Assembly: GCA_963699545.1 (NCBI GenBank)
Contig: CAVOUE010000005.1
Coordinates: forward strand, 64,001-128,000
From: Nitrospirota bacterium
GTDB lineage: Bacteria; Nitrospirota; Thermodesulfovibrionia; Thermodesulfovibrionales; UBA9159
DNA: 64,000 bases
Direction of reading: 5' to 3'
How positions within the stretch are numbered: the stretch's first letter is position 1; every line of letters starts with the position of its first letter. The position numbers and the translations under genes were made by a program. Below the pieces are notes generated by a model. That model was given only the letters and a program-made list of their open reading frames with translations. It was not told where the DNA came from and searched no databases. Below, piece after piece: positions 33,483 through 45,390 of the stretch.

Positions 33483-34484
33483 GTGAGCATGGGCTGTTCA
33501 GCAAAGCTCTCTATGCGGAGGTACGGGATATCCGCCATCATCATCTGTTCGCTGTGTTGCGCGTCGGTACCGGTCTTTGCTGCAGCGACCTCCCCTGAAG
33601 AAGTTCTGCCGACGCCTTCGTGCGGTGAAGGCTGGGTCATGGAGGAGAAGGTGACGCTCTACACCAGGGACACCCTCTTCGACCGCATCGACGGCGAGGC
33701 GGAGCTTTATTTTCCCTATGGATTCGAAGTGCTCGCTTCTGCCCGATATGCGAACAGGCAGAACCCGCAGATTGCAGTGGAGGCTGACGTATATAAGATG
33801 GGCTCTCTGCTCGATGCCTTCGGGATGTACGCCAACTACCGGAGGCCGGATGATAGCGTGGTTAAGATCGGTGCCGAGGGATTCCTGTCTTCGTCCCAAT
33901 TGTTGTTCTATCAGGACCGGTATTTTGTGAGGCTTCAAGCCTCCGGAACGTCGAGTCTGGGACAGGACATATTCCTTGCATGCGCTCAGGCGGTATCACA
34001 GAACCTCCCGCACAATGCAGGCAAGCCTGGAGAGCTTGAGGCGTTCATGATACCCGCTGTAGTGCAGAGGAGCGAGCGGTATATCGCCCAAAGCCTTCTT
34101 GGGTATGCCTTCTTTCGCAGGGGTCTGACAGCCGCCGCGATTCTGGAAGGTGAGCAGGTTCAGGTCTTCATAGTTCCCGAGGAATCCGGTGATGCCGCCC
34201 GAAGAGTCTTTGATCAATACGGCTCGTACCTGAAGGCATCGGGTCAGGAGATTCAGGTGACCGAGACAGCGGATCGGATCTCCCTGGTCGCTGTGGATCC
34301 GTTGTACGGAAACGTGTTCGTTGAGCAGGCGGGCCGTTACATTGTCGGCGCGGTCAAGGTCAAAGACATCTCTGCAGCGAAACAACTCGTCGAGCAACTC
34401 CGGAGACGGCTTCTCCGGCAGTCCAACTCCTATACGTGGAAAACTTCCGTTGCCGCATGGCGGCTGGCGGTATACACCGTATAG
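33483..34484 (+). CDS. Exported protein, DUF6599-like
   Basis: Signal peptide; LFDRIDGEAELY..YGF, DAFGMY motifs. Confidence 0.65.
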   Translation: MSMGCSAKLSMRRYGISAIIICSLCCASVPVFAAATSPEEVLPTPSCGEGWVMEEKVTLYTRDTLFDRIDGEAELYFPYGFEVLASARYANRQNPQIAVEADVYKMGSLLDAFGMYANYRRPDDSVVKIGAEGFLSSSQLLFYQDRYFVRLQASGTSSLGQDIFLACAQAVSQNLPHNAGKPGELEAFMIPAVVQRSERYIAQSLLGYAFFRRGLTAAAILEGEQVQVFIVPEESGDAARRVFDQYGSYLKASGQEIQVTETADRISLVAVDPLYGNVFVEQAGRYIVGAVKVKDISAAKQLVEQLRRRLLRQSNSYTWKTSVAAWRLAVYTV

Positions 34485-35199
34485 TTCGGCCGTGCGATCT
34501 CCCGGTGGGTTTGTATCGCCCTGCCCGGATGGTTGTTCTGTTCAGACAGATGGGCCAGGCATGCCCACTTGAGGCTCTTGCCGTATCCACGCAGCAAGTG
34601 TGCGGCCTCGATGTTCGAGAGATGTCCTCCCGGCCCCTGGATACGTCGTTTAAGGAATGCCGGATAAGGCCCTTGCGCGAGCATTTCCGGATCGTAATTG
34701 CTCTCGATGAATACGCCGTCAAGGGAGGAGACAACCTCGCCAAGACCCGGAAAGGGGTGACCGAGATCGGTGAGTATGCCCAGCTTCTTTTTTCCCCACG
34801 ATATGACGAACGCCACACCGTCAGCACCGTCGTGCATGGTGGGAACGGTCTGAACAGACACATTCCCGAACTGAATTACCTCACCGCGATAAAAACGGCG
34901 GATATCGTATAAAGGCCCAAGCGTCTGCCGTTCAAGGGCGGCATCGAGCGTAGCGGGAGTCACATAGACGGGGAGGCGGTATTTTCGCTGAAAGACCCCG
35001 GCATACCGTATGTGGTCGGAATGATCGTGGGATATGATCACCGCATCGACATGGCGGATGTCCCTTCCGTGGGCTGCAAGCCTTTTCTCCGCCCGGATAC
35101 CGCAGATCCCGGCATCGAACAGAAGTCTTTTCCCCCTGCCTCAACGTAAATGCAGTTGCCGTTACTGCCGGACTGAAGGGAGATTGCCGTCATCCTCAT
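34430..35199 (-). CDS. MBL-fold metallo-hydrolase (YycJ/WalJ-like); -1 frameshift in run 35128-35136
   Basis: N-terminus SLQSGSNGNC in another frame; HDHSDH, TDLG, ESNYD, GHLSN, AHLSEQNN. Confidence 0.85.
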
Positions 35200-35321
35200 G
35201 GTGGGTACTCTAACAGTCCGGAAGAGATTTGCGCAAGGGAACGCGCCATTGAAAAGAACAGCGTGCTTCTCCTCTACCGGGTCGGTTATAATGAAAACGG
35301 AGATGACATTGTGAGACGCCG

Positions 35322-36098
35322 ATGATTTCCTATCCGCAGATCGATCCCGAGGTGGTGAGAATAGGACCCTTTGCCGTCCGGTGGTATGGGCTCATGTACC
35401 TCGTTGGGTTTGCCTCCTCCTACCTTCTGGTGAACTACCAGATAAAAAGGAAGGGTCTGCAGATCAGCAGAGACACCGTGGTGTCCCTTTACTCGTATCT
35501 CGTCCTCGGCCTTATGGTGGGTGCGCGTCTCGGGTACGTGCTGTTTTACGATCTCTCCGCGTATATCGATCATCCTATCGAGATATTCGCCGTCTGGCAC
35601 GGAGGAATGTCATTTCACGGGGGACTCGTCGGGAGCATCACCGCGGGTATCATTTTCTGCAAAGCATCAAGACTGGACTTCTGGCAGGTGGCGGACCTTG
35701 TGGCCGCCACTGCGCCCATCGGACTTGGCCTGGGAAGGCTCGGGAACTTCATCAACGGCGAGCTTTACGGAAGGGTCTCAGCAGTGCCGTGGGCCATGGT
35801 GTTTCCGTCCGGAGGTCCTCTCCCGAGGCATCCCTCACAGCTGTATGAGTTTTTTCTTGAAGGCGTTGTGCTCTTTGGACTCGTCTGGGTACTTAAGGAC
35901 AGGCGGATCGGAAAAGGCGGTCTCTGTTCTCTTTTCCTGATCTTCTACGGTATTTTCAGATTCCTGGTGGAGTTTTTCAGGGAGCCGGACGCGCAACTCG
36001 GATTTATCCTGGGACCCTTGACCATGGGGCAACTCCTGAGTGGCGGGATGGTCCTTCTCGGCGTCATGATCTTTGCTCTCAGGAGAGATAAAGGATGA
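35322..36098 (+). CDS. lgt: Prolipoprotein diacylglyceryl transferase
   Basis: RWYG, GGMSFHGG, GRLGNFINGELYGR, HPSQLYE. Confidence 0.96.
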   Translation: MISYPQIDPEVVRIGPFAVRWYGLMYLVGFASSYLLVNYQIKRKGLQISRDTVVSLYSYLVLGLMVGARLGYVLFYDLSAYIDHPIEIFAVWHGGMSFHGGLVGSITAGIIFCKASRLDFWQVADLVAATAPIGLGLGRLGNFINGELYGRVSAVPWAMVFPSGGPLPRHPSQLYEFFLEGVVLFGLVWVLKDRRIGKGGLCSLFLIFYGIFRFLVEFFREPDAQLGFILGPLTMGQLLSGGMVLLGVMIFALRRDKG

Positions 36099-36123
36099 TC
36101 CATGCAAAACAAAAGGACAAGAC

Positions 36124-36420
36124 GTGAATAGTCCTGACGAAGACCATACAGCGGAATTTCCTATCAACGGCATACTGGACCTTCACACCTTTAACCCCCG
36201 GGACGTGAAGGGATTGCTTCCTGATTACCTTGAACTCTGCAGGGAAAGGGGGATCTTCGAGATCCGCATTATCCACGGCAAGGGGACCGGGGCCCTTCGC
36301 GAAACGGTTCACTCGATCCTCAGGAAACTGCCGAACGTTCGATCCTTCAGATTGGCCGGAGAAGATGAGGGAGGATGGGGAGCGACCCTTGTGGTGCTGG
36401 GCAGAGAAAATGAGACATAG
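36124..36420 (+). CDS. Stand-alone Smr/MutS2 C-terminal domain protein
   Basis: LDLHTF, IIHGKGTGALR, GGWGAT. Confidence 0.85.
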   Translation: MNSPDEDHTAEFPINGILDLHTFNPRDVKGLLPDYLELCRERGIFEIRIIHGKGTGALRETVHSILRKLPNVRSFRLAGEDEGGWGATLVVLGRENET

Positions 36421-36734
36421 GTGAAGCGTGGTTGTACTTCCTCCTGAGGTGATTGCTAAAGGAGGGATCTCTAGGATGAAAAACATAAAGCAGTCATTTC
36501 TCATTCTATTTGCCTTGATCTGCCCGACAACAGGGGCGTATCGGCACAAGACGTAGCGGAACAATATAAAGTCTAAGCCTTTGGCACTTATCAGGGAGAA
36601 GAGAAGTGCCGATTATGCGACCGGGGAAAAACAATGATATACTGTTATTAGATGGCGACTTTTTCATGAATTCTTCTAAAGATTGAAAAAAGGGGCGCTC
36701 ATGATTAAATCATATAAGCGTCGAATCGTTACTG

Positions 36735-37556
36735 ATGAAGAGTGTTGCCGGTAGAAAAAATGCCGTCAACTTAGCCCCGCGGTGTCATGTCATTCCTGCC
36801 GCTCTGCTGATTTTTTTGTTCGTGACGGCTTTTATGGTTAATCATGCGGAGGGCGCTGAAGATAAAGTATCTGTGATCCATTTTGCCGAGGAAGCAAACT
36901 GGCCGCCGTTTACCCCCAACAGGTTCGGTATGACGGAAGAAGGGCTTTCTTTTCGCCTCATGCAGGCGGTTTTTTCCCGTCTGGGCATTGAGATTACCGT
37001 CGAACTTTTTCCCCAGAGACGGCTTCTGGAGATCCTCAAACAGGGGGACAAGGACGGAGCCCCGGTCATAAGCAAGGATGCCGAACGCCTGAAATACCTT
37101 ACGTTCACGGATCCGATATTTTCAAAGCGCGGTTTTGTATACTATCTGACATCCAGGAAATCCCCGCTCCAATGGAACGATGTCTCCGACTTGCAAGGCT
37201 TGAAGATCGGCATTACGGCCGGCCATAACTATGGGGAAGAGTTTCATCGGGCTGCATCGAGAAACCATCTCGGTCTCGTGGAGGTAAACACTGAAGAGCA
37301 GGGGTTTCACATGCTGTTGGCCGGCAGGATAGATGTTTTTCTTTGTATCGATATGACCGCCCGGCAGATCCTGCGCGACCCGAAATACAGAGGGGTCATC
37401 GTTCATGCGCCCAAGAGTTATTATCACAAGGACTACCACATCGCCTTTTCAAAAAAATCGCGGGCAGAGAAGCTCACACCAAAGGTGAATGAGGTTATAC
37501 GGGCCATGAAAGAGGACGGGTCCTTACCCCGGCTGCTCTTCCCGTATGTGGAGTGA
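36735..37556 (+). CDS. Periplasmic substrate-binding protein (family 3-like)
   Basis: Signal peptide; WPPF, DLQGLKIG, MLLAGRID, MKEDGS. Confidence 0.8.
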   Translation: MKSVAGRKNAVNLAPRCHVIPAALLIFLFVTAFMVNHAEGAEDKVSVIHFAEEANWPPFTPNRFGMTEEGLSFRLMQAVFSRLGIEITVELFPQRRLLEILKQGDKDGAPVISKDAERLKYLTFTDPIFSKRGFVYYLTSRKSPLQWNDVSDLQGLKIGITAGHNYGEEFHRAASRNHLGLVEVNTEEQGFHMLLAGRIDVFLCIDMTARQILRDPKYRGVIVHAPKSYYHKDYHIAFSKKSRAEKLTPKVNEVIRAMKEDGSLPRLLFPYVE

Positions 37557-37575
37557 CCTGGGAGGGGGATTGCGT

Positions 37576-39884
37576 ATGGGCCAGAAAAGAAAATCCATTG
37601 CCGTAGTGGTAATCATCTTTCTGATAGCGGTGATAACTCTCCTGCTGGGAATTTTTGCAGCCATCGCTTACAGGACGGAGCGCGACAGTGACATGAATGC
37701 CCTGCGCACCCAGCTTGCAGTCCAGGCAGATCAGCTTTCCGTGTCTCTTTCACATCCCCTCTGGTACCTGGATAGCGTCCAGATCGACAAGATACTTGAA
37801 AGCAGTATGAAGGACGTGAATAATTATGCTGTCGTGGTGAGGGAAAACGGCAAGCAGCCAAGGATCCATGCACGAGCTCGGGACAGCCGATGGGAAATCA
37901 CATCAAGAGACCAGGCCTTTTCTCCGGGAGGACTGCTTGTCGAAAAGCGGAACATAACCTTTTCGAACGAGATTCTGGGCTCTGTGGAGATACATGCCAC
38001 GCCCCGGTTCGTTCAGGAGCGGCTTAGAAACAAATTCGTCTCGAATCTGCTGAGCATTGTCCTGCTCGACCTGTTCCTGATAATGAGCCTGTATCTTCTG
38101 CTCTGGAGCAAAATATTGAGACCGCTCAAGGAGATTGAAAGGTACGCTGGCGAGATCAGTTCCGAGAGCACGGGCGCTCCTCGCGCCATGACAACGCAGT
38201 TTCAGGGCGAGCTGGAGAGCTTGAGGTCTTCAATCGAAAAAATGGTTACCCTGCTTGCCGCCCGCTATACGGAACTCCACGAAGAAGTGAAACGGCGCAG
38301 GGAAAGCGAAGAACGATTCCTGACTATATTCAATTCGGTCAATGATTCTATTCTTATCCACGACCTCGAAACGGGTTCGATTCTGGATGTAAATCAAAAA
38401 ATGTGTGAGATGTTCAGTTACACACGAGAGGAGGTCCGGAACATTGATATCGGGACACTCAGTTCGGGCGAGGTGCCCTATACCCAGAAGGAAGCCCTCG
38501 AGTGGATTGGGAAGGCGGCGCAGGGAAAACCACAACTCTTTGAATGGCACTGTAAAGATAAGGCGGAAAGACTGTTCTGGGGAGAGGTCAATATGCGGTG
38601 CGCAAAGATAGGCGGAATCGACCGGCTGCTCGTTGTTGTCCGCGACATAACGGATCGTAAGGCGGGTGAAAGCGCACTCCAAGAAAGTGGACGCCGTTAT
38701 AAGCTTCTCTTTGAGTCGGCGGGTGACGCCATTTTTCTGATGCGTGACAGTCTCTTCGTTGATTGTAACCCAAGAACATTGGAGATATTCGGCTGCAGCA
38801 GGGAACAGATCATCGGAGAAACACCTTATCGTTTCTCTCCACTCCTTCAGGCGGATGGAAGAGATTCAAGAGGAAAAGCCCTTGAGCTCATTGCTTCTGT
38901 TCTTGCCGGTACCCCTCAGGTCTTCGAATGGATGCACATAAAAGCAGATGGCACGCCATTCGATGCAGAGGTCAGTCTGAATCGTGTCGAACTGACTTCA
39001 GGGATGCACATCCAGGCAATTGTCCGGGATATCACCGAGCGCAAGCGGGCCGAGGATGAACTGAAGCAGCATCGTGCCCATCTGGAAGAAATGGTCGAGG
39101 CGCGCACCGGAGAGCTGTCGGCCGCGAATAAAAAGCTCAAGGAGCTTGACAGACTGAAATCGATGTTCATCGCTTCGATGTCGCATGAACTGCGCACACC
39201 TCTGAATTCCATCATCGGGTTCACTGGTATGACTCTCCAGGGTATGTCCGGAGAACTGAATGATGAGCAGAAGGACAATCTGACCAGGGCCTACTTTTCA
39301 GCCAAGCACCTTCTGAGCCTTATTACCGACGTCATTGATATTTCAAAGATTGAGGCAGGCAGAGTCGAGGCATATCCGGAGGTATTTTTCCTGAGAGAAG
39401 TGGTCGATGATGCCATCGCCACTATTAGGACCCCAGTTAAAAGACAAGGGATTGACCCTTGAGGTCGACGTGCCTCCTGACACGAACCTGAATACGGACA
39501 GGAAGCGACTGTTGCAATGCCTGATCAACTTCCTGAGCAATGCGGTAAAATTTACGGAGTCCGGAGGGGTCACCGTCGCTTCGCGGAGAACCGATGGACA
39601 GGTGTTTTTATCTGTGAGCGATACCGGCATCGGCATCGCGGAAAAAGATATACATAGACTGTTTGAGCCCTTTGAAAGACTGGAGACCCATTTGCGAGTG
39701 AAAGCCGGAGGCACGGGTCTCGGACTTTACCTGACAAAGAAGCTCGCGATCGATGTGTTGCGTGGGGATGTATTCCGTGGAAAGCATCGAGGGACAAGGC
39801 AGTACTTTTACTATCAGGATTCCCGAGGACATCAGACAGGCACAAAAGGCCTCAGTCGAGCAGAGCGGAGGTGATATAATATGA
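37576..39884 (+). CDS. Membrane PAS-PAS sensor histidine kinase; +1 frameshifts near 39428 and 39773
   Basis: Two TM helices, HAMP-like region, two PAS, MSHELRTPLN, NAVKFT, DTGIG, GTGLGL; repaired frame ends in an ATGA overlap with next gene. Confidence 0.85.
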
Positions 39885-40252
39885 AAACGGGATTAATCAT
39901 AGAAGATGATGAGAACAACATGGTTTTGATTACCAGATTGCTGGAAAAGTCCGGATACCGGACACTGCAGGCAGCAACCGGCTTGCAGGGTTTCGAGATG
40001 GCCCTTCGGCAGAAGCCGGACTTCATCATCCTCGATATCCAGCTGCCGGACATCGACGGCACAGAGGTGCTGCACAGGATACGCAGTTCCGAGATAGGCC
40101 ACACTATTCCCATTATCGCCATGACCTCCTTTGCCATGGCCGGTGACAGAGAAAGGCTTTTGAAGGCCGGCTGCGATGAATATATCGAAAAGCCGATTGA
40201 TCCGCTGCGGGTCATCTCCCAGATAAAAAGTGCGATAGGGGACGTCTCATGA
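39881..40252 (+). CDS. Single-domain response regulator (DivK-like)
   Basis: IIEDD, LDIQLP, KPID. Confidence 0.9.
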   Translation: MKTGLIIEDDENNMVLITRLLEKSGYRTLQAATGLQGFEMALRQKPDFIILDIQLPDIDGTEVLHRIRSSEIGHTIPIIAMTSFAMAGDRERLLKAGCDEYIEKPIDPLRVISQIKSAIGDVS

Positions 40253-42259
40253 AGATTCTGATAGTCGACGATGACGATAACTCAAGGGTTTTTCTTGAGC
40301 GGGCTTTGCGGGGACAGGACTATTCCGCAGAGAGCGCTGCCAACGGGGTCGAGGCTCTGGAAAAGGCTTACCAATGGCATCCGGACCTGATCATTTCAGA
40401 TATCCTGATGCCCGAAATGAATGGTTTTGAACTTTGCCGCAGGATAAAGACGGATGAGCAGCTTCGAAATATCCCCTTTATTTTCTATACGGCGACCTTT
40501 GTTGATCAAAAGGACGAAAAGCTGGCTATGGCGCTCGGCGCTTCACGGTTTCTCGTAAAGCCGATCGAACCCGCTGATTTTTTCAGGATCGTCAGAGAAG
40601 TAATCGACGAATACGAGAAGAACAAACTTTCAGTGCCGGGCCGGCCGCTGGGGGAAATGAAAGATCTGTGTCAGATGCAGGCGGAGGCCCTTGCACGGAA
40701 ACTGGACAAGAAAGTACGAGAACTTGACAAAGAGCGAAAGGCACTCCGGGAAAGCGAAGGAAGATTCCGGGCCTTAACAGAAAGCACGAGTGACTGGATA
40801 TGGGAAGTGGACCGAAATGGCGTTTATACATATTGCAGCCCGAAGATCAGAGATTTGTTGGGGTATGAGCCTGAGGACGTTATCGGGAAAACACCGTTTG
40901 ATTTTATGTCTTCTGACGATGCAAAGCGGCTGGCTAAAGAGTTTAAAACAATTGCGGAATCGAAGAAACCTTTTGCGGCATTGGAAAATGTGACCATGCA
41001 CAAGGATGGTCGAAAGGTAGTGCTCGAAAAAAGTGGTGTGCCTTTTTTCGACCCATCCGGAAACCTGGAAGGTTACCGGGGAATAGACCGCGACATAACA
41101 GAACGCAAGAAACTTGAAGAACAGCTTCTCCAGGCCCAGAAGATGGAAGCAATAGGACAATTCGCAGGAGGCATAGCTCATGACTTCAATAATATGCTGA
41201 CGGCAATAATGGGGTATGGTGAATTTTTGAAAATGGAGATAGATAAGGACAGCCGCTCTCAGCGTCATGTGGACGTGATACTGAGTGCGGCGGCAAAGTC
41301 GGCCAATTTGACCCAACAGATCCTGGCCTTCAGCAGGAAGCAGATAATCAGCCCGAAACAGACAGACTTGAATGAGCTGATTAAAGGGATTGAGAAGCTT
41401 CTTCACAGGCTCATCGGTGAAGATATCGAAATTAACATAGCTCTTGCAGATAGAGAATTAACGGTTCTGGTTGATCCCGGACAATTAGAGCAGGTGCTGA
41501 TGAATCTGTGCACTAATGCGCGTGATGCCATGCCTGATGGCGGGACCATATTCATGAGCACGGGAACGGACTTTCTGGACAGAGAATATGTAAAGACATA
41601 CGATGTCGAGAATGCCGGAATGTATGCCCTGATTACGGTAACAGATACCGGCAGCGGCATGGATGAAAAGACGAGGCAGAGGATCTTTGAGCCTTTTTTT
41701 ACAACCAAGGAGTTGGGCAAAGGGACAGGCCTCGGACTTGCCACAGTATACGGGATAATCAAGCAGCACAATGGTCATATCAATGTATACAGTGAACCGG
41801 GGAAAGGTACAACATTCAAGATATATCTGCCTTTGATTGCATCTCCGATGGACAAAGGAGAGTGCAAGGAAGTCATGCCACCAAGGCGTGGAAGCGAAAC
41901 GATACTGGTTGCAGAGGACAATGACGATGTAAGAACTCTTACGAAGCAGGTGCTTCTAAAATATGGTTATGATGTGATAGAGGCAGTCGATGGAGAAGAT
42001 GCTATAAATCAGCTGAGAAAATACAAAGACATAGTACGGCTTGTTGTCATTGATGTAATAATGCCCAAAGAAAAGTGGAAAAGAAGTATATGATGAAATA
42101 AGGAAGATAAAACCGGATATTAAAGTGCTCTTCACCAGTGGCTATACGTCAGACATAATTAATAAGAAAGGCATTCTGGAAAAAGGAGTTGATTTCATTT
42201 CAAAACCACTTACGCCCCATGATCTTCTGTGCAGGATAAGAGAATCTTTAGATAAATAG
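40249..42259 (+). CDS. Hybrid REC-PAS-histidine kinase-REC protein; +1 frameshift near 42068
   Basis: N-terminal REC, PAS, AHDFNN, NARDAM, GTGLGL; C-terminal REC continues in another frame to TAG 42259. Confidence 0.88.
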
Positions 42260-42378
42260 GGGAGAACTATTCCAAGTCATCCAGCGTTTTCTGCTGTTTG
42301 CTGACGTGAGAGGTGAAGTGGAAGAGCTACCCTTTGTTCCTGATGAGCAACTCGAGAATCCAGGTGTAAAGTCCCTTG

Positions 42379-42978
42379 TCAGCAGGCTTCGGCAGGCCGC
42401 TGCGTCTTGAGCAGTTCTTTCAAAGCCTCGAAATCGCGACGGAGGGATTTCTTTCCTTCAGGGAACCGGAGGGCATACGCAGGATGAAAGGTGATGAAAT
42501 ACTTCCTGCGGTCTTTATCGATGACACTCCCGTGTTCCTTTGTGATCGGAACTTTCCTGTCGAGGAGTGCAACGCATGCCGTATTCCCCAGAAGCACAAC
42601 GATCTTAGGATCGATCATCAGGAGCTGTTCTGAGAGATGCTCACGACCGTGGAGGATGTTTTCTCTTGAAGGAGTCCCCCTCAGGGGGAGATACTTCACA
42701 GGACTGGTTATGAAGACCGCCTTCTCCTCCAGTCCGATCTCCGTCATCATGGCCCTCAACAGCTTCCCCGACCTGCCGACAAAAGGTCTTCCCGTCTTTG
42801 CCTCTTCCCTCCCTGGCGCCTCGCCGATGAAGACTATGTCCGCATCCGGATTTCCCTCTCCCGGCACCGCCCTGCCCTCGCCCCACTGCTTGCATAGAGG
42901 ACACAAATCGATCTCACGGGCGATCCTCAGGAGTCCCCTGTGCTTGACTCTATCATCCACATGACGCTTTCCCCTCAT
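42379..42978 (-). CDS. Family 4 uracil-DNA glycosylase
   Basis: GEAPG, GRPFVGRSG, HPA. Confidence 0.88.
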   Translation of the reverse strand: MRGKRHVDDRVKHRGLLRIAREIDLCPLCKQWGEGRAVPGEGNPDADIVFIGEAPGREEAKTGRPFVGRSGKLLRAMMTEIGLEEKAVFITSPVKYLPLRGTPSRENILHGREHLSEQLLMIDPKIVVLLGNTACVALLDRKVPITKEHGSVIDKDRRKYFITFHPAYALRFPEGKKSLRRDFEALKELLKTQRPAEAC

Positions 42979-42979
42979 C

Positions 42980-45390
42980 TCACTGGTAAAGCAAGTATCG
43001 TTCCCTCACCTCAAGAAATGCCCGGAGGCGTTCCTGCCAGTGATCGACGATGGAGGTAGGATCCTGCTTCTCCCTGATAGCCTCGAAAATCCGGCGTGAC
43101 GCGATAAGACCCCTGGTCTTCTCAAGAAGGAAATCCTTCGGATAGAGCCGGTACAGGGCAGAGATGATCTCTATGCCGAGAAGTGGGGCGTCCAGCGCCT
43201 GACGGTCCAGAAGGATGATCTGTACACCGTGACACGTTATGTTCTTGTAGCGACTGTCTGAGGGTCTGAAGTCCGCTGAAAGAAAGCGTACCCCCTTGAT
43301 CGTGCGCTTGTTGAGGTACGCCGCCAGCTTTTTACCGTTGATCCAGGGAGCCCCCAGGAGTTCGAAGGGCGCGTCCGTTCCCCGGCCCACGCTCACATTG
43401 GAACCTTCCACCAAAGCCACCCCGGGGTAAAGAGCAGCCTGATTGAGACTTCTTATGTTCGGTGAAGGGTTCACCCATAGTAACCCTGTGTCGTCATACC
43501 AGTCGCCGCGCTCATACCCCCGCATTCTGATGATCTGAAGCTTCGCGTCCATTTTGTTTTCTGCATTGAACATCCCTGCCAGTTCTCCAACCGTCATGCC
43601 GTGCCTGACAGGCACAGGGAAATAGGCGGTGAAGGATTTCTGGTCATCGTCCGGAAGGAACCCCTGAACAAGGGTCGCGCCGATGGGGTTGGGTCTGTCC
43701 AGCACGTAGAATGATATTCCCTTCCCTGCAGCGGCTTCCATGGCATATCCCAGCGTGCTGATATAGGTGTAAAACCGTGCGCCGGCATCCTGGATGTCAA
43801 AGACAAGGGCATCAAGGCCTTCCAGCATTTTGTCTGTGGGGCGCTTCACCTCGCCGTAAAGGCTGTAAACAGGAAGGCCCGTAACGGCGTCCACCGAGGA
43901 AGAGACCCTGGCATCCTCTCTGCCGGAGAGTCCGTGTTCGGGGTTGAAGACCGCCTTGAGCTTTACCCCCGGCGCCTCATAAAGAACGTCAATGGTCCGC
44001 TTTCCTGCGGAGTCAATGCCCGAATGGTTTGTAATGAGCCCTACAGACAGGCCTTTCAACGTACCGAAGTCTTCCGATTGCAAAACGTCGATCCCGGTTT
44101 GCACCTTGCCGTTCCTCAAACCTTTGATGCGATGCCCGTTCGTGATCTCGGTATACCGTGCGAACGAACGCCTCTTTTCGGGCACATGCTCCGAGGAGAG
44201 GGCTCCGAGCTCGGCAGCAACAAAGGTGGCTATCTCTGACCTCAGGGGGGCTGCATTGCCCTTCCCATAAGGATGAAGTCTGCTGGTCAGGATGATAACG
44301 TAGGTTTTCGATTCGGGATCGATCCAGAGGGATGTTCCGGTAAATCCGGTATGGCCGAAAGAGCCCACAGGAAAAAGCGCGCCCCGGCAGGAGGAAAACG
44401 GAGAGTCTATGTCCCATCCCAGCCCGCGCACAATCGTTTTGCCGGGGGGAACTGCGGGGTGGTCATCTTTTTCACTGTGCTGGGACTCAAGATCCGTCCA
44501 TCCCCTGCCCTGCCGCCGTTAAGAACCATGCGGGCAAAGAGGGAAAGGTCGTCTGCCGTCGAAAAAAGTCCTGCATGCCCTGCCACGCCGCCCATTCTGC
44601 GGGCAGTGGGGTCGTGGACTTCTCCGTGAAGTGGCATTTCCTTCGACCCATTGCAGAATTCTGTGGGTGCGATACGTTCTCTTAATAGAGTTTCAGGGTT
44701 AAATGAGGTATCGTTCATCCCGAGAGGCCCGAAGATATGTCTTGCACAATACACCTCCAGGGGTTGACCTGAAATCCTCTGAACAAGTTCTCCCAGGATC
44801 ATAAAGTTAATGTCGCTGTACGTAAAGCGGGTCCCGGGAGGTGAAACCGGTTTTTCAGCAATGATCCGCTTAAGGGCTTCTTTATGCCCCGACCATTTAT
44901 GCCTCATGTCCAGATCAGGTCTGAGACCCGAATAATGGGTGAGGAGCTGCCGAACGGTGATCTGTTCTTTTCCTTTCCCCCTGAACGCCGGCCAGTATTT
45001 GACCACAGGCTTGTCCAGGAGCAACTTCCCCTCTTCCACCAGTTGCATCACCGCAGCGGTCGTCGCCACGATCTTTGTGAGGGAGGAGATATCAAAGATG
45101 GTGTCGGGGGTCATCGGGATATTTTCCGGTACCAGGGAGCGATGTCCGAACGCCTCACGGTAGATAACGCCGTCCCGATTGCCGACCAGCACGACTGCAC
45201 CGGGTATCTGATTGTCATGCATGGCCTTCTCTACGATTCCTGAGATAGCTGACATCCGTTCCGGGTCAAGAGGAAGATGGGGAAGATCCTCAGCGTAAGA
45301 GGTAAAAGGCGCCATAAGCAGACATGAGACCACCGACAGAACGACGACTCTTGCAGCTCTATTCATTGTCTTTCTCATCTCTTCAGGCAT
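42980..45390 (-). CDS. Serine hydrolase (beta-lactamase-like) fused to exo-beta-N-acetylmuramidase NamZ/DUF1343 domain; frameshift at G6 run 44444-44449
   Basis: SxxK (SLTK), YSD, GHAGLFS, GHTGFTG; then PEHG, DIQDAG.RFYTY, DRPNP, PSPN. Confidence 0.82.
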
